From NCBI GenBank assembly GCA_050248855.1, contig JBFWRP010000004.1, positions 96,001 through 160,000 of the forward strand: a stretch of 64,000 nt of DNA, read 5' to 3'. The notes beneath the pieces are model-generated. The model had not been told where the DNA came from and made no database searches. It saw nothing but the letters and a program-made list of their open reading frames with translations. The position numbers and the translations under genes are program-made. Every line of letters starts with the position of its first letter. Within the stretch, counting starts at the first letter, position 1. Of this stretch, positions 22,485 through 31,676 are shown piece after piece. The DNA comes from Planctomycetota bacterium. Its GTDB lineage: Bacteria; Planctomycetota; PLA2; JAEUHO01.

Positions 22485-24638
22485 CTACTTGATCCGCTCG
22501 AGCGCCGCGTCGATCGCGTCCGCCAGCTCGCCGTCGGCGCTCGCCCGTGCCGCCTCCAGCGTGGGTCGAGCGGCTTGGGCTGGCGCGCCCAGCGCACCGA
22601 GCGCCGCGGCGGCCTCCAGGCGATGGGCGGAACGCTCGCACGCCACGAGGCGGGCGATCGCATCCACGGCCGGCGCCGCGTCCTCGCCGTAGGCGGCGAG
22701 CACGCGAAGCGCGGCGTCCGTGCCGCGGCCGATGCCCTCGAGCCCGTCCTCGAGGTGGCGCCCCAACGCCTGGACCACCCGCGGTCGCCACGCGGGGCCC
22801 AGCGTCGCGATCACCGCGCCCGCGGCATCGCGCACCTCGGGCTGGCCGGCGTCGAGCTGGTCCAGGAGCAGCCGCAGGGCCTCGGGCACCCACTCGAGGA
22901 GATCGGGCAGCCGCTTCACGGCGGCCAGGCGGTCGTCGGTCGCGTTCCACTCGTCGAGCTCGGCACGCGCCTTGGCCAGCCACTGCGTGGTCGGCGGTAC
23001 CCGCTCGGCTTCCGGGACACCGGGCCGCACGAGCGGCGGTGCGCGCCCCCGGCGCCGGAGGTCCATGTAGAGACCGCCCGAGCGGGTCGCACAGCCGCGG
23101 AGCAGCTCCTCGTCGTGGTCCTCCCCCACGCCCACCGTCAAGAGGACGGCGTCGACGGACAGGTTCCAGAGCTCGACGAGACGCAGGAGGGAACGCGTGC
23201 TCTGGAAGCGGCCTCGCGTGGGCGTCCCATCGGTCAGGAACACGATGGTGTCGGGCAGCTTCTTGAAGCGACCCGCCGCGGCGCCGCTGCCCAGGGCATC
23301 GTCGAACGCCTCGTGGAGCCCCGCCCAGATGTTGGTCAGCCAGCCCGACTTCTGGCGCAGGAGCCAGCTGATGGCCGAGCGACGCGAAGCATCGTTGACC
23401 TTCGTCGGGCCGCTGCGGAAACGTTCGGCCGCGTCCGAGTACACGACGATCTGGAACAGGGCTCCGTCCGGCAGGCCGCGCAGCGCACGCGCGACCTCGG
23501 CCTGCACCACGCCAAGCCTCGTCGCGGGCAGGCCGAGCTCGTCGCGCACCTCGCGGTTGCGGGCGTCGTCGAGCTCGAGCTCCTCTTCCATCGACGAGCT
23601 GAGGTCCACCAGGAACAGCACGTTCGTGGAGTCGAGCGGCAGGCTGAAGAAGGTCTCCACGGTGTGGGCACGCCCGGAGGAGCGCGTGGGCGGCTTGTAG
23701 GTCCCGTCGCGCACCGCCTCCTCGTTCTCCTTCCAGAACCTCTCCCACTCGGCGGGGTTGTCGGTGAAGCGGACGCCCAGGAGGCTGCCGAGCAACGCAT
23801 CGACGCGCTGCGCCATGTCGCCGTCCTCGCGGGCCGCGGCCGCGACCAGCGGCGGAACCGCCATGTCGAGCGGGGCGCGCGCCAAGCCGTTCCAGGCACC
23901 CACCCGAACCTGCCAGAGGTCGTCGCCCGCCGCGCGCACGAGCGCGTCGTAGACGCTGCGACGCAGGACGGCGGGCTGGAGCGCCCGCACGGACGCCGCG
24001 CGGGTCAGCGGATCGGCGTGGTCCAACAAGGCGATCAGGGCCTCGATCGCCTCGTCGTCGCCCAAGGCCCCCAGCGCACGGATGTACCACTGGCGCACGA
24101 GCGGCGAGGACTCGGTCCGTGCGCCGCGCGTGATGGCGGCGACCGCGGCGGGGTCGCGGAACCTGGAGAAGGACTCCCCGGCCGTCTTCATGATCTCCAG
24201 GGCCAGGATCAGGTCCACGGCCTTGGCCTGCCACGCGCGCTGGACCAGCTCGTAGTAGCGCTTGGCGAGGTCGTAGAACTCGGCGCTGTTGCTGACGCGG
24301 GCCTGGCTCCAGTACCCCGCGGCCTCGGTGTAGTCCTCGTCCAGCTTGTCGAGATCCTTCGCCAAGCGGTCCATGTCCCGCGAGCAGGCGCGGATCGCGT
24401 CCTCCAGCGGCTGGACGGCGCCCGGGTCGTCGGACTCGGCCAGCAGGCGCACGCCCTGCAGGCGCTCGGCCAGGTCCTTCGAGCGCGACAGCTTGCGCCC
24501 TTCGACCAGCTGGTCGCGATCGGCGTGGGCCGCCGGGGCCCCGAGGAGGAGCGCAACGAGGAAGAGGGCCAGCCGCCGTGCGCCACGCGCTTGCGGCCAC
24601 CGCGTCCACCTGTCCCGCCGCGTGTCCGCCGAACCCAT
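22485..24638 (-). CDS. Exported HEAT-repeat + VWA domain protein
   Basis: Signal peptide (AHA-D). HEAT-like repeats (IRALGALGD, VRVGAWNGLA). FFSLPL followed by LVDLSSSM (MIDAS) and IVFLTDGTPT. AAGGAGG SD. Confidence 0.8.
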   Translation of the reverse strand: MGSADTRRDRWTRWPQARGARRLALFLVALLLGAPAAHADRDQLVEGRKLSRSKDLAERLQGVRLLAESDDPGAVQPLEDAIRACSRDMDRLAKDLDKLDEDYTEAAGYWSQARVSNSAEFYDLAKRYYELVQRAWQAKAVDLILALEIMKTAGESFSRFRDPAAVAAITRGARTESSPLVRQWYIRALGALGDDEAIEALIALLDHADPLTRAASVRALQPAVLRRSVYDALVRAAGDDLWQVRVGAWNGLARAPLDMAVPPLVAAAAREDGDMAQRVDALLGSLLGVRFTDNPAEWERFWKENEEAVRDGTYKPPTRSSGRAHTVETFFSLPLDSTNVLFLVDLSSSMEEELELDDARNREVRDELGLPATRLGVVQAEVARALRGLPDGALFQIVVYSDAAERFRSGPTKVNDASRRSAISWLLRQKSGWLTNIWAGLHEAFDDALGSGAAAGRFKKLPDTIVFLTDGTPTRGRFQSTRSLLRLVELWNLSVDAVLLTVGVGEDHDEELLRGCATRSGGLYMDLRRRGRAPPLVRPGVPEAERVPPTTQWLAKARAELDEWNATDDRLAAVKRLPDLLEWVPEALRLLLDQLDAGQPEVRDAAGAVIATLGPAWRPRVVQALGRHLEDGLEGIGRGTDAALRVLAAYGEDAAPAVDAIARLVACERSAHRLEAAAALGALGAPAQAARPTLEAARASADGELADAIDAALERIK

Positions 24639-24694
24639 GCGCCCCTCCTTGGCAAGGCGCCCAGCGTACGAAACGGGGCAGCCCCTCGCTCGCG

Positions 24695-27469
24695 TCACTC
24701 CAGGGCGCGCAGCGCGAAGCGGAAGTAGCTGCGACGCCCCTCGAAGCGCCGCTCGGCCCCGGAGGTGAGGTCGCGGTACAGGACCGCCCCGTCGCCGACG
24801 ATCGTCAGCTTCTGGCGGAAGGGGGCGTAGCCGGGACGGCTCACGATCAGCTCGTACGGCCCGGGCTTGACCGGGCCGACGAGGTAGCCGTCGTCGCTGC
24901 GGGCCTCGAGCAGGAGATTGCTGCTGGCCCGCCGCCACGCTTCGTCGTCGGCCACGGGGCCGCCGAGCGTCCCCCACTGCACGAGATCGAGCCAGTTGCT
25001 GCCGTCGGTCCCGGACTCGAGGTCGACGATGGCCCCGAACACGGGGGCGCCGACGGCCGCCATGGGGTTGGCCACGCGCTCCGTGAGATCCAGCCCCAGG
25101 AACGCGCCCTCCTCCAGCGTGACCAGCACCTCGTGCTGCTCGGTCGCCTCGGGGCCGGGGGTCTTCCCGAGGTCCACGCGGACGGTCGTCGGCGCACGGT
25201 TCGCGGCGCCGATGGCGAGGTCGACCGACTCCTTGTAGGCGCGCAGCGGATGCGGGCGCGGCGCCCCCAAGCCGTCGAGCACGAAGCGCCCGTCCGCGTC
25301 CGTCGTGGCCGAACGGAAGAGCTGCTCGCGCTCGACCACGGGGTCGGCCCCGCGGCTCTGCCAGCCCCGATCGAAAAGGCCGATGCGCGCGCCGGCGATC
25401 GGACGGTCGCGCTCGTCGGCCACGCGACCCGTCACCCGCGCTCCGCGGTGCAGCAGCACGACGCCGTGGTCACGCTCGGCGCCGTGGGGAATCACCATCG
25501 TGCCCGTCCAGCGCAAGCCCGGTGCGAACAGGGCCACGTCGAGGCCCTCGGCCGGCAGGTCGTGGAGCCGGAGACGGCCATCGTGCAGCGCGAAGCCGCG
25601 GTCCACGACGACGCGTCCGTCGCGCAAGGATCGCGCGAACACCTGGACGAACGAGAGCGGCTGGTCGGCGAGGCCGTCGCGGGGCGCCAAGGTGACGCTT
25701 CCCGAAGCGGGCAGCAACAGTCGAAGCGGCGCCCCACCGGGCGTCACGACCTCGCGCCGCGGCAGCACGCGCGCCAGCGGGGCCAATGCGTCGCCGGGAC
25801 GACCCGCCTCGTAGCCGTAGACGAGGTCGACGGTAGGCGCGAGGCTCTCGACCCCGTCGAGCACGAAGGCGCCGTCCTCGCCGGTGATGGCTTCGATGCC
25901 GGCCGCGCGAAGCGTGACGCCCACGAGCCCGCGTCCGCGCTCGTCCTGCACGACGCCGTGGACCCGGCGGGTCGCGTCCAGCAAGGCCGGCTCCAACATG
26001 AGCTCGATCGGCTGCGCGAGCGGCAGCTCGATGCGCTGGAGCACGCTGCGGTAGCCGGGCACGTAGGCGCGCACGAACGCCTGCGGCAGCCCCCATCCGC
26101 GCAAGACGAAGCGGCCGTCCGCCCCGGTCTCCACGCGGCGGTCGCCGGGCTGTTCGCGGTCCCCGTCGCGCGGAAGCGGCGACACGAGCAGGCCCACGCC
26201 GGGGCGGGGCGACCCATCGGGCGCCAGCAGGCGGCCGTGCAGCGCCCACCCGGCAGGCGGCGCGAGGTGGACCACGACCTCGTCGCCCGGCGAGGCCACG
26301 ACGCGCTGGTCGAGGTCGACACCCGCACCCCGTACGCCCACGCGAAGCGGCAAGTCGGCCTCGACGTCGCGGAGCTCGAACGTGCCGTCCGCGGCCAGCG
26401 GCACGCTGCGCGGACGGTCCAGGGCCTGGCCGGCGCCGAACAGCTCACGCACCACCGCCGCCACCTCGGGTTCGACGTCGACCTGGGCACCCTGCGCCAC
26501 GTAGGGCGCGTCCACGTGGCCGCGCACGGTGACCCCTGCCGCGTCGAGCAGCACGTCGCCCACGTCGACGCGCAACGGACCCGTCGCGGGCGGCGTGACG
26601 GCGACGCGGCGGGGGCTCTTGCCGTGCGCGCGCACGCGCAACGCGAGGCGCGCCACGGCAGGTCCGCGCCACAGGAAACGGCCCTGGGAGTCCGCGGGCA
26701 TCGCCACGCCGATGTCGACGGGGCCGAACCCTTCCACGATGGTGCCGGGGAGAGGACGACCGGCGCCGTCGATGGCCCGGCCGACGACCTCGAGCGGCGG
26801 ATCGAGCACGAGCGTGACGTCGGCGTCCGTGCCCGCCACGAAGCGCCGCACGGGCCCACTGCGCTCCGCCGAGCCCAGGTCGACGACGACGAGGCCCTCC
26901 GGCAGGTGGTCGAGCACGACGGTGCCGCCGCCGTCGGTGCGCAGCATGGGCCCGGGCACGGCGGGCGTCACGGACACGGGCACGCCTGCTGCGGGACGAC
27001 CGTCCGGCTCGCGAACGCGGACCACGAGAGGCGTCGCCGCGGGAAGGAGCTCGATGACGGTCCCGTCCTCCAGCGACTCCGTGCCGACCTCCACCCAGCG
27101 GTGGCCGATGGCCCCGAACGCGACGCGCGCCGACTCCGGCTCGACGACGAGCGCGGCGGGGCCGCCGGCCACGGAGGCCTCGATCACTTCCGTTCGCGCC
27201 CCGACGACATCGCGCAAGGGGCCACGCAGGCGGCCGCCCCCGGCGGCTCGGACCTCGACGCGCACGCGCCGGGGGGGAGGCGGCTCGGGGACGCCGTCCT
27301 CGGGCCGGACGGGGACCTCGGGACGGTCGGCAGGCACCGCGGGCGGAGCGGCCGTGACGTGTGTCGGCCCGTCCCCAGCGGGGCTGCCCAGGCGGGGCAC
27401 GACGAACCAGGCGCCGGCCCCGACGATGGCCAGGAACGCCAGGACGTACAGCCAGCCTTCGCGATCCAC
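24695..27469 (-). CDS. Membrane-anchored protein with repeated carboxypeptidase-regulatory-like beta-sandwich domains
   Basis: N-terminal TM. Repeated G-R-V-x-D-x-x-G-R-P-x-x-G-A/V ... T-D/G-x-D-G-R-F-x-L motifs, about six copies. Confidence 0.8.
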   Translation of the reverse strand: MDREGWLYVLAFLAIVGAGAWFVVPRLGSPAGDGPTHVTAAPPAVPADRPEVPVRPEDGVPEPPPPRRVRVEVRAAGGGRLRGPLRDVVGARTEVIEASVAGGPAALVVEPESARVAFGAIGHRWVEVGTESLEDGTVIELLPAATPLVVRVREPDGRPAAGVPVSVTPAVPGPMLRTDGGGTVVLDHLPEGLVVVDLGSAERSGPVRRFVAGTDADVTLVLDPPLEVVGRAIDGAGRPLPGTIVEGFGPVDIGVAMPADSQGRFLWRGPAVARLALRVRAHGKSPRRVAVTPPATGPLRVDVGDVLLDAAGVTVRGHVDAPYVAQGAQVDVEPEVAAVVRELFGAGQALDRPRSVPLAADGTFELRDVEADLPLRVGVRGAGVDLDQRVVASPGDEVVVHLAPPAGWALHGRLLAPDGSPRPGVGLLVSPLPRDGDREQPGDRRVETGADGRFVLRGWGLPQAFVRAYVPGYRSVLQRIELPLAQPIELMLEPALLDATRRVHGVVQDERGRGLVGVTLRAAGIEAITGEDGAFVLDGVESLAPTVDLVYGYEAGRPGDALAPLARVLPRREVVTPGGAPLRLLLPASGSVTLAPRDGLADQPLSFVQVFARSLRDGRVVVDRGFALHDGRLRLHDLPAEGLDVALFAPGLRWTGTMVIPHGAERDHGVVLLHRGARVTGRVADERDRPIAGARIGLFDRGWQSRGADPVVEREQLFRSATTDADGRFVLDGLGAPRPHPLRAYKESVDLAIGAANRAPTTVRVDLGKTPGPEATEQHEVLVTLEEGAFLGLDLTERVANPMAAVGAPVFGAIVDLESGTDGSNWLDLVQWGTLGGPVADDEAWRRASSNLLLEARSDDGYLVGPVKPGPYELIVSRPGYAPFRQKLTIVGDGAVLYRDLTSGAERRFEGRRSYFRFALRALE

Positions 27470-27684
27470 GCCGTCGCTCCGTCCGTCTCGAAGGCCCTTG
27501 GACGCGCGCCGCCGCGCAGCCCGTCCCCCCCATCCTCACCCAGATTCTGGCATTTCCCCCCCAGGTGGCTGTTCATGGCTCGCCTGATGGCGGCGCCCAC
27601 GCGCCGTCCCCTTCCTGGGCTCCCGCTGCTCGGAGGCGCAGGAGGCAGCTCGGGCCCATCCAGGTCCAAGCCGTGTGCGGCGCG

Positions 27685-27793
27685 CATCGGGTCGCCAGGG
27701 CGACGGTAGCGTGCCAGCATCGGCGACGACTCGTGGTCTGTTCACTCGAGGAGCCGATGCTGGTGCGCGACCGAGCATCTGGCGAGCCGCCCC
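27685..27793. repeat. Dispersed palindromic element, copy A
   Basis: 42-bp core 27718-27759 is identical to 55777-55818. Outer arms 27685-27703 and 27771-27793 match copy B at 18/19 and 20/23. Folds into a long hairpin. Confidence 0.85.
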
Positions 27794-27816
27794 CGCGCAC
27801 CCAAGTGCGTAGACGA

Positions 27817-28347
27817 TCAGGGGAAAGCGCGGTGCGAGAGCTGCGAGCGCATGACGACTTGCCCATCGGGCTCGACCCAGGCCAAGCCCTTCGCCGTGAT
27901 CCCGCCCCGCTCGGCCTCGACGAGGGCCTTGCCCTCGGCCGTCACTTCGAGGACGTACACGCGGCGATAGCCCTGCTGGCGCAAGCCCCGACGCACGAGG
28001 TCACGCACGTCGGGATCCCGGTCCTCGTGGGCCGGAAGCGCGTCGGGGCCCGTCAAGGCCAGCGCCTCGGCCTGCTCGACGGCGTGTGCGACCTGCGCTT
28101 CGAGGTCTTCGAGGCGGCGGCCCAGCGTGCCCAGGTGCTGACCGAGATCCTGCGAGGGGCCGGGTCGCTCCGCCTGGGCGTCCAGCCGCCGGACGGTCTC
28201 GCGCAGCTGCTTCTCGAGCGTCGCCAAGCGCGACCTGAGCTGCACCATCTCCAGCGCGAGGTTGCGGCTCACACGGTGGCTGTGCCACGCGAGCACGACG
28301 GTGCCGCCGGCAACCAGAAGCGCGACCAGGGCCAAGACCAGCTCCAT
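27817..28347 (-). CDS. Hypothetical protein (N-terminal TM, coiled coil, small C-terminal domain)
   Basis: Hydrophobic N-terminus, heptad-like LRSRLATLEKQLRETVRRLD segment, and codon bias. Confidence 0.7.
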   Translation of the reverse strand: MELVLALVALLVAGGTVVLAWHSHRVSRNLALEMVQLRSRLATLEKQLRETVRRLDAQAERPGPSQDLGQHLGTLGRRLEDLEAQVAHAVEQAEALALTGPDALPAHEDRDPDVRDLVRRGLRQQGYRRVYVLEVTAEGKALVEAERGGITAKGLAWVEPDGQVVMRSQLSHRAFP

Positions 28348-28357
28348 CCCCGCCAGT

Positions 28358-29044
28358 CTACGCGCCCGGCGCCGGAGCGAGGACGCCGTCGCTCAAGAAC
28401 AGCTCGTGACGGGCCTGCTCGGCCACACGGGGATCGTGCGTGATCAAGAGGACGGTGGTGCCGGCCGCGTGCTGCTCGCGGATCAGGTCCAGCACGCGGG
28501 CCCCGGAGCCGCTGTCGAGGTTGCCCGTGGGCTCGTCGCAGAGCAGCAAGCGCGGCCGCTTCACCAGCGCGCGAGCGAGCGCGACGCGCTGCTGCTCGCC
28601 ACCGGACAGCCGGCCCGGGTCGTGGTCGCGACGCGCCAAGAGGCCCACGCGGTCCAGGGCCTCGTCGGCGCGCCGCGCCCGTTCGGCGCGTCCCACGCCT
28701 TGGTAGAGCAGCGGCAGGGCGACGTTGCGCCAGGCGGGTTCGTCGCGCAGCAGGTGGAAGCGCTGGAACACGAAGCCGATGGTGCGGCCGCGGAGCGCGG
28801 CGAGTGCGGCGTCGTCCAACGTGGCCACGTCCGTCCCCGCGAACACGTAGCGCCCCCCCGTGGGCCGGTCCAGGCATCCCACGACGTGCAGGAACGTCGA
28901 CTTGCCACTGCCCGAGGGGCCCATGATGGCGAGGTAGTCGCCCGCCTCGACCACCAGGTCGGTGGGCCGGAGCGCATGCACGGGCACCGGCCCGGGATAG
29001 GTGCGGGCGGCGCCCTCCAAGCGGATCAGGGGCTCGTCGGTCAC
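28358..29044 (-). CDS. ABC transporter ATP-binding protein (LolD/MacB-like)
   Basis: GPSGSGKST, IGFVFQRFHL, LSGGEQQRVALARAL, DEPTGNLD, ITHD. GTG 29044 overlaps the upstream stop. Confidence 0.95.
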   Translation of the reverse strand: MTDEPLIRLEGAARTYPGPVPVHALRPTDLVVEAGDYLAIMGPSGSGKSTFLHVVGCLDRPTGGRYVFAGTDVATLDDAALAALRGRTIGFVFQRFHLLRDEPAWRNVALPLLYQGVGRAERARRADEALDRVGLLARRDHDPGRLSGGEQQRVALARALVKRPRLLLCDEPTGNLDSGSGARVLDLIREQHAAGTTVLLITHDPRVAEQARHELFLSDGVLAPAPGA

Positions 29045-30351
29045 CGCAGTCTCCTTGCCAGGACCCGTGCCGGGTCGATGGATGCGGCGCGCCACGCGGG
29101 CAGCAGGGCCGCCAACGCCCCGATGCCGACGGCGACGGCCACGGCCACCCCCGCGTACCGCATGTCGAAGCGGAACGGGAACTCCACGATGCGGGCCAGC
29201 ACGCGCGCGGCCAGCGCGCCCAGGGGCAGCCCGAGCAGTCCTCCGACGAGCGCCGTACCCATGCTCTCGAACGTGACCTGCGTCGCCACGTCACGCCGCC
29301 GTGCGCCCTCGACGCGACGGATCGCCAGCTCGTCGAAGCGCTCGCGCACCGTGACGAGGTTCATGGTGGCGAGCAAGACGGCGGCCACGAGCGCCACGAG
29401 CATCCACACGAGGTTGCCCACGAAGGCGCCGGCTTGCGTGGCGCCCCCCAGCGCCTCCATCCACAGTCGACGCACGATCACGCCGAGTGCGGGACGCGTC
29501 GCCGGGTCGTGCACCGTGGCGATCACCTGCTCCAGCCGCTCGGCGACGGCCGGGACGTCCGTCGGACTGCGGGCCACGACGCTGATGCCCGTGAGGTCCA
29601 GGTCCTCGCGCTCGGGGTCGGCCGGCAGGTAGACGCAGCGGAAGGCGAGCAGGCTGCTCCCCAGCAGGCGCGTGCTGCGACCGGCGTCCATTTCCTCGAA
29701 GAGGGCGCGGTAGCGCATGGGGTCGCGGAGCACGCCGATCACCTCGACCGTCGGGGCGTCGTCGGCTGCTCCGACGCGCAGCTCGCGACCCACGAGGTCG
29801 CCCGGCTCCTGCACTTCGCGGTCACCGTGGAGGCCGGCCAGGAGCTCGCGCGCGATCGCTTCGTCGACCACGGCCACGCGGGCCTGGTCGCGCGGAGCGA
29901 CCTCGTCCTCGCGCCACCAGCGGCCCGCGACCAGCTCCACGTCCACCGTGGCGGCCAGCCCCGTCGGCGCCTCGACCACCGTGACGCCACCGAGGACACG
30001 CGCCCCCGCGCCGACGGGCAGCGCCACGTCGCGCACGCGGTGCGCGCGGGGCACGATCGCCAAGGCAAGAGAGCCCAAGTCCTCGCGCACGGCCTCGACG
30101 TACGTACGGCCGAATCGCTCGCGGCCGGGGCGCAGTCCCAAGACGGGCGCGCGTACCAGGTCGACCGTGCGCGCGCCGAACTGCGCGACGTCGTCGCGGA
30201 TGTCGCGGTCGAAGCCCTGCGAGAGCGAGATCACGTTGGCGACGACGGCCACGGCGGCCGCGCTCGTGACGGCCGCGAGCAGCGTGCGCAGGGGATGGTG
30301 GGCCAGCGAGCGAAGCGCTTGGCCCACGTGGCGTGCGGCGCGGCCGCTCAC
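29041..30351 (-). CDS. MacB/FtsX-type ABC transporter permease
   Basis: N-terminal TM, periplasmic domain (GRWW, VAVVDEAIA, VIGVL), C-terminal VRERFDELAIRRVEGA...PAWRAASIDPARVL. Confidence 0.9.
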   Translation of the reverse strand: MSGRAARHVGQALRSLAHHPLRTLLAAVTSAAAVAVVANVISLSQGFDRDIRDDVAQFGARTVDLVRAPVLGLRPGRERFGRTYVEAVREDLGSLALAIVPRAHRVRDVALPVGAGARVLGGVTVVEAPTGLAATVDVELVAGRWWREDEVAPRDQARVAVVDEAIARELLAGLHGDREVQEPGDLVGRELRVGAADDAPTVEVIGVLRDPMRYRALFEEMDAGRSTRLLGSSLLAFRCVYLPADPEREDLDLTGISVVARSPTDVPAVAERLEQVIATVHDPATRPALGVIVRRLWMEALGGATQAGAFVGNLVWMLVALVAAVLLATMNLVTVRERFDELAIRRVEGARRRDVATQVTFESMGTALVGGLLGLPLGALAARVLARIVEFPFRFDMRYAGVAVAVAVGIGALAALLPAWRAASIDPARVLARRLR

Positions 30352-31676
30352 TCGACCTCCAGCGATCGCGCCGGGTCGGCTGCCGCCACGCGGCGTGCCG
30401 GCAGCCAAGCGGCCAGGCAGCCGACGACGACGGAGACGAGCAACGCCAGGAGCGCGCGCGACCAGGGGAAGATCCAGGTGAAGCCGCTCACCGGCTCCAA
30501 GCGCACGCGAAGCTCGGCGAGGCCCGCACCCAGCGCGAACCCGAGCACCCCCCCCACCGCGCCGAGCAGGAGGCCCTCGAACAGCACCTGCCGACCCACG
30601 TCCTTGCGCGTGGCCCCCTCGACGCGGTGCAGCGCGATCTCGCCTTGGCGGGCCATCGCGGTGACCAGGCCGAGGTTGGCGATGACGACCGCACCCATCG
30701 CCAGGCAGGCCAGGAACATGGCCCAGGCCACGGGCCGGAAGCGGTCCAGCCGCGGGTCGAGGAGCGAAGGCAGCACGAGGGCGTGCCGCGCGACCACGGG
30801 CCGGTCGGCGAAGCGCTCGAGCCCGCGCAGCGACACGCCCGCTTCCCGCACGAGGGCGGCGTGTCGCACGCGCACGACGATCTCGTCGACCGCCGCGTCC
30901 GGCGGGGCCGCCGACCACGGGATGTGCACGCTCTCGTCCACGTGCTTCCAGTGCGCCAGCGAGACGGGCACGCCGAGGGCGCCGAGCAGGGGCAGCGCCA
31001 CGCGTCTGTACATCTCGTGGCGCGTGTCGAAGCCCGCTTCGTCCGTTGCCCGCGCCAGGTCCGGGCGTGGCGCCGTGATGCCGACGATGCGATGGAGCCG
31101 CTCGTCGGGCCCACGGATCGCGTCGCCCAGGCGCAGCGCGTCCAAGCCCAGCCGGGCCGCCACACCCGCTTCGATGACGCAGACGTCGGGAGGATCTCCC
31201 TCCTCCAGCCAGCGACCCTGCGCGAGGCGGAAGCCCCGGGCCGCGCCGGTCTCCGGCGTCGTCGCGATCCACGTGGGCGCATGCGGTGTCGGCGCCCCCG
31301 CGTCGGGGTCGGGCAGCACGCCGGGGGCGGCCACGTCACCCCGGGCCAGGACACGCAGCGCGCCGGCATGGAGCACGTCGTCGGGGAGCGCTGCGCGCAC
31401 GGCCTCGAGGTCCGCCAGGGCGAGCGCGTCACCGGGCGCAGTCGGGTCGCGGACGAGCGCGATGCGGTCCGCGCCCAAGGCGGCTGCCTGCTCGCGAGCC
31501 GCCACACGGGTCCCCTCCAGCACGGCCGCCGGCAGGATCGCCACGGCCACGCCCCAGGCCGTGCCCTGGGCCAGCAGGAAGGTGCGCAGCGGACGGCGCA
31601 GCAGGGCCCGGAGGGCCATGTGGAGAGCGAGGAGGAAGCGCACGACGAGGCGGAGGCTACCGGCGCGCTGCCGCAA
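30348..31676 (-). CDS. MacB/FtsX-type ABC transporter permease
   Basis: ALRALLRRPLRTFL, GRWL, RQGEIALHRVEGATRKDV, PARRVAAADPARSL. Start uncertain (31619-31676). Confidence 0.88.
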   Translation of the reverse strand: MRQRAGSLRLVVRFLLALHMALRALLRRPLRTFLLAQGTAWGVAVAILPAAVLEGTRVAAREQAAALGADRIALVRDPTAPGDALALADLEAVRAALPDDVLHAGALRVLARGDVAAPGVLPDPDAGAPTPHAPTWIATTPETGAARGFRLAQGRWLEEGDPPDVCVIEAGVAARLGLDALRLGDAIRGPDERLHRIVGITAPRPDLARATDEAGFDTRHEMYRRVALPLLGALGVPVSLAHWKHVDESVHIPWSAAPPDAAVDEIVVRVRHAALVREAGVSLRGLERFADRPVVARHALVLPSLLDPRLDRFRPVAWAMFLACLAMGAVVIANLGLVTAMARQGEIALHRVEGATRKDVGRQVLFEGLLLGAVGGVLGFALGAGLAELRVRLEPVSGFTWIFPWSRALLALLVSVVVGCLAAWLPARRVAAADPARSLEVE

